DNA of 64,000 bases from Bacteroidales bacterium Bact_19. GTDB taxonomy: Bacteria > Bacteroidota > Bacteroidia > Bacteroidales > ML635J-15. This document shows, in pieces, positions 49,683 to 58,697 of this stretch. The translations under genes were made by a program, and so were the position numbers. The stretch is from positions 2,884-66,883 of the forward strand of contig LUZK01000002.1 in assembly GCA_001603595.1 (NCBI GenBank), read 5' to 3'. The first letter of the stretch is position 1. Each line of letters starts with the position of its first letter. The notes under the pieces are model-generated. The model did not search any database, was not told where the DNA came from, and saw nothing but the letters and a program-made list of their open reading frames with translations.

Positions 49683-49807
49683 ATTAAAATGTAATAAATG
49701 GTTAACAATTAAATAAATTCTGTTCAAAATTACCAACTTATAAACTATTTACAAAATATAAATTGATAAATTTTTATAATAAATGCAACTTCTGAAAATG
49801 CTATTTT

Positions 49808-49962
49808 TCACCCCAAAAACTCCCAAATCATCTTCACCTGCTTCGGCATCAAAATCCTTAACCTCTATTTTCTCGGGCTCATTTCGAGGAGTTGTTTGCG
49901 GATTGGAGTAAGCCAATTGTAGATGGTGCGAGGCTCTGTGATTCTCGGACTATAAATCCGAG
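49808..49962 (-). pseudogene. 5'-truncated, stop-containing copy B of the DUF4248-like gene 3' end
   Basis: The minus-strand translation is ...TEPRTIYNWLTPIRKQLLEMSPRK*RLRILMPKQVKMIWEFLG*. Confidence 0.8.
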
Positions 49963-49989
49963 GGAGCTGGGCAAAGTATTCCACAATGA

Positions 49990-51186
49990 TTATTCACTCT
50001 TATAGTGTCTCGAAATATACTCTGCAATTTTTGTAACAACTTCATTGGCGATATTATATTTCGTTGTTTCCATGCCATTTGAATATTCTTGAAGTTTTGA
50101 ATATAATTCATATTTATCCCAAATGTCCTCAATTGTACCGTCAATCCATATGTGATATTTGAACTTTACATTTTCCATACTTCTGTTAAAATCGACCTGT
50201 CCAATAAACAACGAACCTTCTCGATGTCCTTTACCACTAAAGGATTCTATTCCAAAGAAAATGCGATCATCCTTACTCACTCTCAGCCATATTGTGCTAA
50301 ATCTTTCGTTATTGTTCTTTAATGAAATTAGCTCACTTTCAGAAATTATATTTTTCTTGAGGAGTAAATCTTTTATTTGAACTTTAAGTTCATCTGAAAC
50401 TTTATCAATCGCATTGTTAAATTCTTGAGCGATTTTTTCTGAATTAATAATATTGGAAAGTATTATCTGATGTATTTCATTTTTCATTTCAATTGTGCTT
50501 ACTTGATTTGTTAGAGATCTAACTAAAATTATATATTGCTTAATTGATTCTCGTATAATTGGGATATCAGTGGATTCTTTATAACACATTTCAAGCCAAT
50601 CCAAAATATCTTTTTTGTAGGATAAGGAATAGTAATCTTTGCCTGAATGCAACTTACTTTCTACACTATTCTCTCCATTTAAAGTTAAGTAAATAAGAAT
50701 TTTGTTTTGCTTCGGGATTCTATTTATATAACTTCTATAGCGTTCTAATTGAAGACTCTGATCACTAGCATATATTTTGTTTTCAATACAAATTTGAAAA
50801 ATGTCATTTGAAATTAAAATATCAATTCGTCCTCCATTGTTACTTTTAACTTTTCCGATGTCCTTTTCACATTCAACAATGACATTTTTCAATTTATTCG
50901 AATCGGGAACATCGGCATTTTCCCAATCGCAATCAGATGCTTTCTTTCTGTTAAGCATTTCAATAAATAAAAACAAAAACTTTTCATCGAGTAAGTGAGA
51001 ACCTTTTGGATTCAGTAATTCGCTTATAAAGGCAGAATGAGTTTTAACTTCATCAGTTCTTCGATCAAGAATGTTAAATAAATTAAATTTCTCTCCTTTA
51101 ATTTTTTCAATTTCTCTAAATTTCTTTATAGACCTCCCGATTAAATCCAGAGTAACATCAATTGACTTTTTTTCGATGTCTGTCAT
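49990..51186 (-). CDS. PD-(D/E)XK nuclease family protein (PDDEXK_4-like)
   Basis: The N-terminal region is FNLFNILDRRTDEVKTHSAFISELLNPKGSH. The catalytic core is GGRIDILISNDIFQICIENKIYASDQSLQLERY. Confidence 0.75.
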   Translation of the reverse strand: MTDIEKKSIDVTLDLIGRSIKKFREIEKIKGEKFNLFNILDRRTDEVKTHSAFISELLNPKGSHLLDEKFLFLFIEMLNRKKASDCDWENADVPDSNKLKNVIVECEKDIGKVKSNNGGRIDILISNDIFQICIENKIYASDQSLQLERYRSYINRIPKQNKILIYLTLNGENSVESKLHSGKDYYSLSYKKDILDWLEMCYKESTDIPIIRESIKQYIILVRSLTNQVSTIEMKNEIHQIILSNIINSEKIAQEFNNAIDKVSDELKVQIKDLLLKKNIISESELISLKNNNERFSTIWLRVSKDDRIFFGIESFSGKGHREGSLFIGQVDFNRSMENVKFKYHIWIDGTIEDIWDKYELYSKLQEYSNGMETTKYNIANEVVTKIAEYISRHYKSE

Positions 51187-51189
51187 ATG

Positions 51190-51495
51190 CTATCGAATTT
51201 CTTTGCCAGAAGACTTTAGCTTTAGATATTTCTTCCCATTTTGATGATGAAAGAGTAATCCATTATCATAAAACTGCGTTGAAACAACAGTATTGCTAAT
51301 TCCACTTTTCATTTGAACTGTCCCGCTTCCTGTAGTCATATATACATCGCCATTGCTATAGGTAATGGCATAAGATTCTTTGCCATCAAATAACCCCTGT
51401 GAAACGTGAATAGCTCCGCTTTTTCCAACTGTTCTTGTTCCTGAACCTTCTTTCTCAAGACAACGACCATCTTTAATTAAGTATAATTTTGCCAT
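51190..51495 (-). CDS. small hypothetical beta-rich protein, translationally adjacent to the nuclease
   Basis: The start is taken at MAKLYLIKDGR. The ORF-track N-terminal extension runs into repeat C. The stop lies 3 nt before the nuclease start. Confidence 0.45.
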   Translation of the reverse strand: MAKLYLIKDGRCLEKEGSGTRTVGKSGAIHVSQGLFDGKESYAITYSNGDVYMTTGSGTVQMKSGISNTVVSTQFYDNGLLFHHQNGKKYLKLKSSGKEIR

Positions 51496-51535
51496 AATTT
51501 TTATTTTGTTTGTTACATTCTTAATAATTATTATC

Positions 51536-51637
51536 TTATCCCAAAACACTCCTAATCATTTTCACCTGCTTCGGCATCAAAATCCTTAACCGTTGTTTTC
51601 CTGGGCTGAGTTCGAGAAGTTGTTGGCGGATTGGAGT
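51536..51637 (-). pseudogene. 5'-truncated copy C of the DUF4248-like gene 3' end
   Basis: The minus-strand translation is ...TPIRQQLLELSPGKQRLRILMPKQVKMIRSVLG*. Homology stops at TPIR. Confidence 0.8.
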
Positions 51638-51763
51638 AGTTAAAGTGAGCTTCGTTTTAAAGCATCAGGTTCTCTTGTAATCAAATTTTTCTAACACAAG
51701 TGCCGAACAAATTTTCAATTACAGAGAAAACCCAATGCTTTTGATTCCTACTTGCAAAAGTAA

Positions 51764-51955
51764 TTACTTGCCATTAATTTCATCAAGAATAATCTGAATT
51801 TCGTCTTGACATTGACCGCAAACTGTTCCTGCTTCAGTTATTTGCCCAACCTCCTCAACAGTTTTTAAGCCATTTTCTTTAATCGCTTTAACAATTGTAC
51901 TTTTATATACTTCCATACAAGTACAAATCATTTTATCATCATCCATAATTTTCAA
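51764..51955 (-). CDS. BFD-like [2Fe-2S]-binding domain protein
   Basis: Contains C-x-C...C-x2-C (MICTCMEV...GTVCGQCQ). Length is 63 aa. Confidence 0.7.
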   Translation of the reverse strand: MKIMDDDKMICTCMEVYKSTIVKAIKENGLKTVEEVGQITEAGTVCGQCQDEIQIILDEINGK

Positions 51956-51956
51956 T

Positions 51957-53588
51957 TTAAATTAGTTCAAAAATTTTCAAATCTTCTTCAACAGTTTTGA
52001 TTGTTTGAACGCCAAAACTTTCTTGCACTGCTTTTAATAGGTTTGGAGTTAAAAATCCTGGTAGTGTTGGGCCAACATGTGTGTTTTTAATTCCAAGATA
52101 TAATAAAGCAAGATGGACTATGATTGCTTTCTGTTCATACCAAGCAATGTTAAAAACAATCGGCAACTTGTTTATATCATCTAAGTTCAAAACCTCTTTT
52201 AATTTTAATGCAACAAATGCCCATGAATAGCTGTCATTACACTGTCCTGCATCCAACACCCTAGGTATTCCATTGATTGTTCCTAAATTCAGTTTGTTGT
52301 AACGATATTTTGCACATCCTGAGGTAAGAATTACAGTGTCTTTTGGCAATGCATTTGCGAATGCGGTGTAATATTCACGACTCTTAAATCTTGCATCGCA
52401 GCCCGACATAACAACTAAACGTTTGATTGCGCCAGAATTAACTGCTTCAAGAACTTTATCAGCAAGTGCAAGTACTTGATCATGTGCAAAACCAATTGTT
52501 ATTTCTCCTGTTTCAAGAGCAGTTGGTGGTGGGCATGTTTTTGCTAATTCAATGATTTCAGAAAAATCTTTATGTCCATTAGGGAGTTTTTTGTCGAGTA
52601 TTTTCCATTCTGGCATCGCAGTAGCACCAGTTGTAAAAATACGGTCATTATAGGTCGTCATTCTTCTTGGTGGAACTAGACAATTAGTTGTGAATAACAC
52701 AGGACCATTAAAAGTTTCAAATTCCTCTAACTGGCGATGCCAAGCATTTCCATAATTGCCAACTAAATGGCTGTATTTTTTAAGATTTGGATATGCATGT
52801 GCAGGTAACATTTCGGAATGTGTATAAATGTCAATTCCTTTTCCTTCAGTTTGAATTAGTAATTGCTCCAGATCTTTCAAATCGTGTCCGCTAATCAATA
52901 TTCCAGGATTCTTCTTAACACCAATTTGGACTTGTGTAATTTCTGGCGTTCCAAAAACCGTAGTATTCGCTTTGTCTAACAATGCCATTACTTTAACGCC
53001 ATGTTCGCCAGTTCTTACAACCCAATTAAATGCATCGCTCAAAGTTATAGGCTTGGTTATCATTACCAAGCTTTCTTCCATAAAGCTATAAATCTCCTGA
53101 TCTTCAAATCCTAGATTAAATGCATGTTCGGTATAAGCAGCCATACCTTTAACCCCAAATAATACATACTGTTTTAAGCCGCGAATATCATCGTCGGCAT
53201 CGTAAGTCATCGTTCCAACAAATTTCGATTTTGCAATCAATTCATCATCAGTTTTGCCAATCCAAGTGATTGATTGATGACTTTCAGACACATTAATCTT
53301 TAATTTTAGATTGTCACGAAAAGCAAAACATTCTTTAACAGCTTTAATTATTGACTTATCGTCAAAATTTGCATTTGTAATAGTCATAAACAAACAATTT
53401 GTTATGTGCTTACTTTCTGCGTTTGTGTCAATACCATTATTTCTGGCTTCGATTGTTAAATATGATAATCCTTGACATGCAAAGATTAGCAAATCCTGAA
53501 TATCTGAAGTTTGTTCATTTTTTCCACAAACTCCTTTAATTGTGCAGCCTGTATTTTTGGCCGTTTCCTGACATTGGTTACAAAACAT
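51957..53588 (-). CDS. hcp: hydroxylamine reductase / hybrid-cluster protein
   Basis: The N-terminal cluster motif is [23 protein letters not shown]. Length is 543 aa, with conserved ...TNCL.PP... and ...GQCNDSYS... contexts. Confidence 0.92.
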   Translation of the reverse strand: MFCNQCQETAKNTGCTIKGVCGKNEQTSDIQDLLIFACQGLSYLTIEARNNGIDTNAESKHITNCLFMTITNANFDDKSIIKAVKECFAFRDNLKLKINVSESHQSITWIGKTDDELIAKSKFVGTMTYDADDDIRGLKQYVLFGVKGMAAYTEHAFNLGFEDQEIYSFMEESLVMITKPITLSDAFNWVVRTGEHGVKVMALLDKANTTVFGTPEITQVQIGVKKNPGILISGHDLKDLEQLLIQTEGKGIDIYTHSEMLPAHAYPNLKKYSHLVGNYGNAWHRQLEEFETFNGPVLFTTNCLVPPRRMTTYNDRIFTTGATAMPEWKILDKKLPNGHKDFSEIIELAKTCPPPTALETGEITIGFAHDQVLALADKVLEAVNSGAIKRLVVMSGCDARFKSREYYTAFANALPKDTVILTSGCAKYRYNKLNLGTINGIPRVLDAGQCNDSYSWAFVALKLKEVLNLDDINKLPIVFNIAWYEQKAIIVHLALLYLGIKNTHVGPTLPGFLTPNLLKAVQESFGVQTIKTVEEDLKIFELI

Positions 53589-53740
53589 AATTGTATAATT
53601 TAAGTTATAATAATTTTGCTGGTTCTGCTTTAATTTGGGTTGATATTTTCCATGTCTTCAAAAATACAAAAATAAAAGCAATTAGCCAAATAAATTCTGC
53701 AAAATTATTATACAATTTTACTTTCATATTTTGTCAGAAT

Positions 53741-53923
53741 CTACCCCAAAAACTCCCTAATCATCTTCACCTGCTTCGGCATCAAAATCCTTAATCTTTG
53801 TTTTCCGGGGCTAAGTTCGAGGAGTTGTTTGCGGATTGGAGTAAGCCAATTGTAGATTGTGCGGGGTGTGGTATCGTAGTAATCCGCGAGTTCTTGGATA
53901 GTATATGTTGGCTTTGTTTCCAT
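53741..53923 (-). CDS. small HTH protein, DUF4248-like (intact copy D)
   Basis: 60 aa. YTIQELADYYDTTPRTIYNWL...MPKQVKMIREFLG fits my recollection of the Bacteroidota DUF4248 pattern (Y.. .ELA..Y...... ; P.QV..I...LG). Confidence 0.6.
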   Translation of the reverse strand: METKPTYTIQELADYYDTTPRTIYNWLTPIRKQLLELSPGKQRLRILMPKQVKMIREFLG

Positions 53924-54043
53924 ACATACAAATATACGGTATATGGTCTAAAATGCAAAATGCAAAGTGGTTTGATATAATGCTATCGCAACAGTTACAG
54001 AGGAAATGAGCCATTTTCAAATTATCTTTACTTAAAAAAACTT

Positions 54044-54541
54044 ATGAATGATTTATATCTTGATCTCGAATGGTTTTTTAACCAAGAAATTTTTTTGGTT
54101 GGCTATGCATACTCACTCACAAATTATGGTCAATTATATGATCAGACTCTTACAATAGAAAATATTAAGCGATTGCTTGAGCCAATTGATGGCTATATTT
54201 TCTTTTATGGTCCAGATATCGGCATGCTTGAAAAATCCACAGGCCTCGATATTCGCAATAACTATTCTTGCATTAACCTTCTAAAAGTCTTCCGTGATAT
54301 TATGCCAGGATTAGACTCCTACAGACTTGCTTACTTAGAAGAAATGTTCGAAATCAAACGCTCACAACGCCAATACAAATCCAACATCTTCAAACTCGCC
54401 GAAGACTGGAACAATCCATACAAAAAACCACAAGTCCTTAAATATAATATGGAGGATGTAATAAATCTTGTTCGTCTAAAACGTGAAGTTTTTGGGCTGT
54501 ATCTTGTTGGAGATGATTATTTGGATTGGGTGAGGATGTGA
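54044..54541 (+). CDS. RNase H-like (YprB/DEDD-type) exonuclease domain protein
   Basis: Contains LDLEW (DxE), ...FFYGPDIGML... and ...YNMEDVINLV..., matching the RNase_H_2/YprB-type acidic motif spacing. Confidence 0.55.
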   Translation: MNDLYLDLEWFFNQEIFLVGYAYSLTNYGQLYDQTLTIENIKRLLEPIDGYIFFYGPDIGMLEKSTGLDIRNNYSCINLLKVFRDIMPGLDSYRLAYLEEMFEIKRSQRQYKSNIFKLAEDWNNPYKKPQVLKYNMEDVINLVRLKREVFGLYLVGDDYLDWVRM

Positions 54542-54682
54542 GGACTTTTTAAACCTTTGAAGCAGAAACTTTATCATCACCACCAGCATCTATCGTAATA
54601 ATGTTTTCTAAAAGGTTGAATGACAAATTTTCTAACTTTTTATCTAAAACTTTTTTCTCATCAGCATTAAAATAAACAATAG

Positions 54683-55252
54683 CTATAAACCTTTACGAGT
54701 ATTCTTGTCTTCTTTATATATTTCAACTTGTTTTAAGAAATTATCCTTTAAAGTTCTTGCAAGTTTAAACTCAACAATTGTTATATCTTCTGACCCGTAT
54801 GAAAAATTAAAATCACTACTACCGCCGCCATTATTAACTTGTTGATTAATATCAAATTCTGAGTTATCACAAAGCATTGCAAACATCGGGTATAATACCT
54901 CTTCTTTTACTTTTTGCATTGATTGAAAAACCTTATATCCTTTTCTATCCTCAATGTACTTTTTGAATGTCAATAATCTTTCCTTAGCTTCATCATATGA
55001 ATTCCTAAAAGTTTTTTTTAGTTTACTTTTTTGTGCACTAACAAACTCTCTATAATCATTTTCAAAATCAACAGATAAATAATTATTAATATTGATCGTT
55101 TCTGCATCTATTTTAAGCTTATTATTATCCTCGCTTTCTCCAATGGGTCTTAATCTTCCGCTTTTATAATCAAAGTATCTAATTATAAGATATGTACCTA
55201 CAATTGCTGCAATTGCAACAACAATTACTTTCGAAAGTTCTTTATTTGACAT
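54683..55252 (-). CDS. hypothetical N-terminally anchored protein (possible D...E-x-K motif at the C-terminus)
   Basis: Has the TM segment VIVVAIAAIVGTYLII. The C-terminus is ...SSDFNFSYGSEDITIVEFKLA... Confidence 0.45.
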   Translation of the reverse strand: MSNKELSKVIVVAIAAIVGTYLIIRYFDYKSGRLRPIGESEDNNKLKIDAETININNYLSVDFENDYREFVSAQKSKLKKTFRNSYDEAKERLLTFKKYIEDRKGYKVFQSMQKVKEEVLYPMFAMLCDNSEFDINQQVNNGGGSSDFNFSYGSEDITIVEFKLARTLKDNFLKQVEIYKEDKNTRKGL

Positions 55253-55304
55253 TTTAAATAAATCTTTATATTTTTTAATTTACATATTTTTTAATGTGCA
55301 CTCA

Positions 55305-56030
55305 TCAACCATACAAATACTTCTCAATAAGCTCCGATTTAAACTCAGAAAGTTTAACCCCATCAAAACCAGAAACCTCTTTGTTTAAGACCTCAACAAT
55401 GTACTTTTCTTTAGTGTTATTATCCCAATTATCATAATCCTTTGGTATTACCATTTTTATAGGTTTTCTTGATTTATCAATGTCTTCTTGATTAAAGCTT
55501 TTAACTTCATACATAGGATTTGCTTCAAAAAAGACTTCTATTAGTTCTTGTCGTTTTAATATCTTCAAGTATGGTAAAAGCTTATCCTCCTTAATATTTA
55601 AGTTCTTTGACAAATTTTCTTTATAAAAAGAGACTTCCCATTCATTTGGATTATATCTCTCTGATTGAGTAAGATTGATAATTCCTTCATACAAAGCTTT
55701 AATCAACTGCTTTCTATTTACTGCTGTTTTAATAAATACTTTTCCATTCTCATCTGGTTCTGAGATAATAAAAAGATCCCACTCATAATTTATTCTTACA
55801 ATATCAAACTTGATTTCATTACCTTCTGGATTAAATGTAAATGATGTTTGCTGGACATTTGTTGTTAATGCTTTTAACCAGTATTTCAAGTCAAGTATCG
55901 GATCATATACATACGAAAAACTTGATTCAAAAATAACCTTTTCGGCTTTAATCTTAAAATGAATCCAACCTGCGATCACTTCATAAAAATCAACTTTTAT
56001 TTCAGTTATTAATTTGTTTGTTTTTCCCAT
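55305..56030 (-). CDS. hypothetical protein immediately downstream of res
   Basis: 241-aa ORF starting 6 nt after the res stop. No motif recognised. Confidence 0.45.
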   Translation of the reverse strand: MGKTNKLITEIKVDFYEVIAGWIHFKIKAEKVIFESSFSYVYDPILDLKYWLKALTTNVQQTSFTFNPEGNEIKFDIVRINYEWDLFIISEPDENGKVFIKTAVNRKQLIKALYEGIINLTQSERYNPNEWEVSFYKENLSKNLNIKEDKLLPYLKILKRQELIEVFFEANPMYEVKSFNQEDIDKSRKPIKMVIPKDYDNWDNNTKEKYIVEVLNKEVSGFDGVKLSEFKSELIEKYLYG

Positions 56031-56036
56031 TTTTTA

Positions 56037-58694
56037 TCAGTTAATCAATTGCCCCACTTTATTAACAACCTTATATTCAATGTCATCAAATTCATTAAAA
56101 TGAGCTTTGCCACATTTTATCTTCAGTTGCTCATCGCCGCTAAGTTTTAACAGATCGACTTCTTTAGTTCCAGTGTCCTTTGTTTCAGTCACAAAATAAA
56201 CTTTTTTATCGCCCTCAAAAACTATTGCCCAGTCAGGATTATACTTTCCAATTGGGGTAGGGATTTTAAACCAGTTTGGAAGTTTAAAATAAAATTTAAC
56301 TTGCTCACTTGTTTCACAATCTTGTGCAAATTTGCTTTCTACACCAGAATCCAAAGGCATGAATTCTTCATAAATAGTTTTTGAGTTATCTGAAACCTTA
56401 AATGTAAAATCATTTAAGTAAACAAAAAAATCCTTATCATCAAACAATTCTAGTGCGTAAAATTCAGAATCTCCAATTTTATGATACTTAATTCCATCAA
56501 TCATAAGATCGTACAAAGTGCGATTGATTGCCTGCGAAGCCAAATCAAGAAATAATTGTGGATTTATCAAAATATCTCCAATACGGCCAGATTCACTTAA
56601 AATTTCTTGAATTGTTGATCTTGTTAATTCTGTTTTGCTCTGTATATAACCCAAAACATCGGGAATTTTCCAAGAATAACCGCCATATGATTCTATCTTG
56701 TCGCCAACGTAAGAAGTGCCAACGCCTTCATCGGTCATTGTAACCGAGACTTTTGTAGAGCGTATTGAAGGTGCTTTTATTTCGGATATTTCCTTTAAGG
56801 ATTTTGCAGCAAGTATAATCAAGTCTTTTGTAGAGTAATCAACCCGATAAGTTGTTTTGGTTCTAATTTTTTCCCAAATTTCAAGAAAACGTGAGTCGGC
56901 TTCAAACCCTTTGCGGTATTTGATTTGTGTTAGGTCTTTTGAATTTTTAATACGACCAGTAAATTTAACCCCGCAATCTTCTTCAATTTCTTTTTGCAGT
57001 GCTTTTGCAAAGTCGTCATACGATTCGTTTGCAATAACAGTCAGGCGGTTTATGGTTTGGTCATAAATTCGTTTACCTTCCTTATCAACTGCAAGTCTTA
57101 AACCTCGTCCAATTTCCTGACGTTTTTTTATTTCTGATTTTGTTTCGTTTAGCGTACAAATTTGAAATACATTTGGATTATCCCAACCCTCACGCAATGC
57201 TGAATGCGAAAAGATAAAACGTAATGGATTCTCTACATCCAAAAGTTTTTCTTTGTCTTTCATTATAAGGCTGTATGTGTCATCATCAGCCTGGGTTTCG
57301 CCCGAAGTGTCTTTCATTTTTCCTTTTTTGTCTTGCGAAAAATAGCCGTTGTGTATCTCAGCAATTGGGAAATTATCAAGTGTTTTAAATGCTGGTTTGG
57401 CAATTAGTTCTTTATAAATTTCCTCAAACCACATGGCAAATTTTCCATGATTTGAGTTTCCCGAAGCATCGTATTGCCTATAATTTGCAACTTTATCAAT
57501 AAAGAAAAGCGATAATACTTTAATCCCTTTGGGTTTTAAACGAAGTTCTTTTTTTAGGTGTTCTTCAACCGTTTTGCGAATTTGAAACTTCATTATTTCA
57601 TCTGTCAAACCGCCTTGTGAATCGCCTTTGTATAAGATATTACCATTCGATAATGAAATGCATTGGTTTGAAGCATCTATTTCTTCAATGATATAACCAT
57701 TTGAGTAAATTTCTCGCTCATTTGAAAGTTTATATAGGTCGTCGCCAACTTTTACAGTAAATGTTTTTTTCTTTACGGCATCCTTTTCATTAACAAAGAT
57801 TGAAACTTTTGCAGTTACCTTTGTTTTCGCAGCAAATAAAGAATCGAGCGAAACAAATGCATCATTATTAGAGTTTTCCTCAATTATGGAATCAACCTCA
57901 ATTTGTTTTACCAAACCCATGTCGTAGGCTTTTACAGGATTGAGGCTGTATGTAAGGTTATATTGGTTTTTGTGAGTTGCAGAATAACGAAGCGTACAAA
58001 GTGGTATGAGATTATCAATAGCTGTAATACGTTTTTCGGTTTCCATGTTTTGCGGTTCGTCCACAATTACAATTGGATTGGTAGTTTGAATAAACTCAAC
58101 TGGTCTTTGACCGTTTAATTTATCGTTTGGTTTATTAATAATGTTTTCGTCTTTGGCAAATGAATCAATATTGATTACTAAAACCTCAATATTGTTGCCT
58201 GTTGCAAAACCTCGCAACGATGAAACTTTTGTACTGTCGTAAACCTGAAAATGAACTGGAACATTATCGTAAAGATTTTGAAAATGTTCATGTGTGATTT
58301 CGAGGTTTTTTAAAACACCTTCACGGATTGCCACCGATGGAACAACAATTACAAATTTCTTAAAACCATATTGTTTAAAAAGCTCATAAATAGTGCGCAA
58401 ATACACATAAGTTTTACCTGTACCTGTTTCCATTTCTACCGAAAAATGAAAACCGTCTAACTTCTCGGTCTTGCAAATATCATTTACGGTTTGAATTTCC
58501 TGTAAATTTTCAAGTACCTGTTCTTCGGACAATACAAGTTTATTTCCAATTCCATTGATTAAATCTAATTTGCCTTTTTCTTCAAGTTTAAATTCCACAA
58601 TGGAATCTTCCATTGGCTGCCCCTCAAACAAGGCTGTAATAGACTTTATTGCATCTTGCTGATATTGCAAATTGGGTTCAAAAGATAGCTTCAT
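56037..58694 (-). CDS. res: Type III restriction enzyme Res subunit (SF2 helicase + PD-(D/E)XK)
   Basis: Walker A is EMETGTGKTY and motif II is IVIVDEPQNM. The helicase C-terminal motif is ...ALREGWDNPNVF... The C-terminal nuclease is NPDWAIVFEGDKKVYFVTETKDT. Confidence 0.88.
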   Translation of the reverse strand: MKLSFEPNLQYQQDAIKSITALFEGQPMEDSIVEFKLEEKGKLDLINGIGNKLVLSEEQVLENLQEIQTVNDICKTEKLDGFHFSVEMETGTGKTYVYLRTIYELFKQYGFKKFVIVVPSVAIREGVLKNLEITHEHFQNLYDNVPVHFQVYDSTKVSSLRGFATGNNIEVLVINIDSFAKDENIINKPNDKLNGQRPVEFIQTTNPIVIVDEPQNMETEKRITAIDNLIPLCTLRYSATHKNQYNLTYSLNPVKAYDMGLVKQIEVDSIIEENSNNDAFVSLDSLFAAKTKVTAKVSIFVNEKDAVKKKTFTVKVGDDLYKLSNEREIYSNGYIIEEIDASNQCISLSNGNILYKGDSQGGLTDEIMKFQIRKTVEEHLKKELRLKPKGIKVLSLFFIDKVANYRQYDASGNSNHGKFAMWFEEIYKELIAKPAFKTLDNFPIAEIHNGYFSQDKKGKMKDTSGETQADDDTYSLIMKDKEKLLDVENPLRFIFSHSALREGWDNPNVFQICTLNETKSEIKKRQEIGRGLRLAVDKEGKRIYDQTINRLTVIANESYDDFAKALQKEIEEDCGVKFTGRIKNSKDLTQIKYRKGFEADSRFLEIWEKIRTKTTYRVDYSTKDLIILAAKSLKEISEIKAPSIRSTKVSVTMTDEGVGTSYVGDKIESYGGYSWKIPDVLGYIQSKTELTRSTIQEILSESGRIGDILINPQLFLDLASQAINRTLYDLMIDGIKYHKIGDSEFYALELFDDKDFFVYLNDFTFKVSDNSKTIYEEFMPLDSGVESKFAQDCETSEQVKFYFKLPNWFKIPTPIGKYNPDWAIVFEGDKKVYFVTETKDTGTKEVDLLKLSGDEQLKIKCGKAHFNEFDDIEYKVVNKVGQLIN

Positions 58695-58697
58695 GGT

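Noticed and set aside
49944-49962. Perfect 6-bp stem with 7-nt loop, CTCGGA-CTATAAA-TCCGAG, resembling a tRNA anticodon arm (tRNA-Tyr-like GACTGTAAATC with one change). A weaker relative, GGACTACAAATA, lies at 47812-47823.
   Set aside because: There is no acceptor, D or T arm around it on either strand. It lies inside the region that still translates in frame with the DUF4248-like remnant. It is treated as part of the repeat, not as a tRNA or tRNA fragment.
49950-50144. 64-aa ORF overlapping the 3' end of the PD-(D/E)XK nuclease gene and repeat B.
   Set aside because: It is a same-strand, out-of-frame overlap with a well-supported gene and runs into the repeat remnant. It is likely spurious.
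47679-53923. Diversity-generating retroelement (TR/VR) explanation for the repeated gene 3' ends.
   Set aside because: Differences between copies are not adenine-specific (transitions of all types, mostly synonymous). No reverse transcriptase is present in the window.
47679-53923. Classical integron explanation for the cassette array.
   Set aside because: There is no IntI-type integrase adjacent. The repeats are coding-sequence remnants without the imperfect palindromic attC structure.
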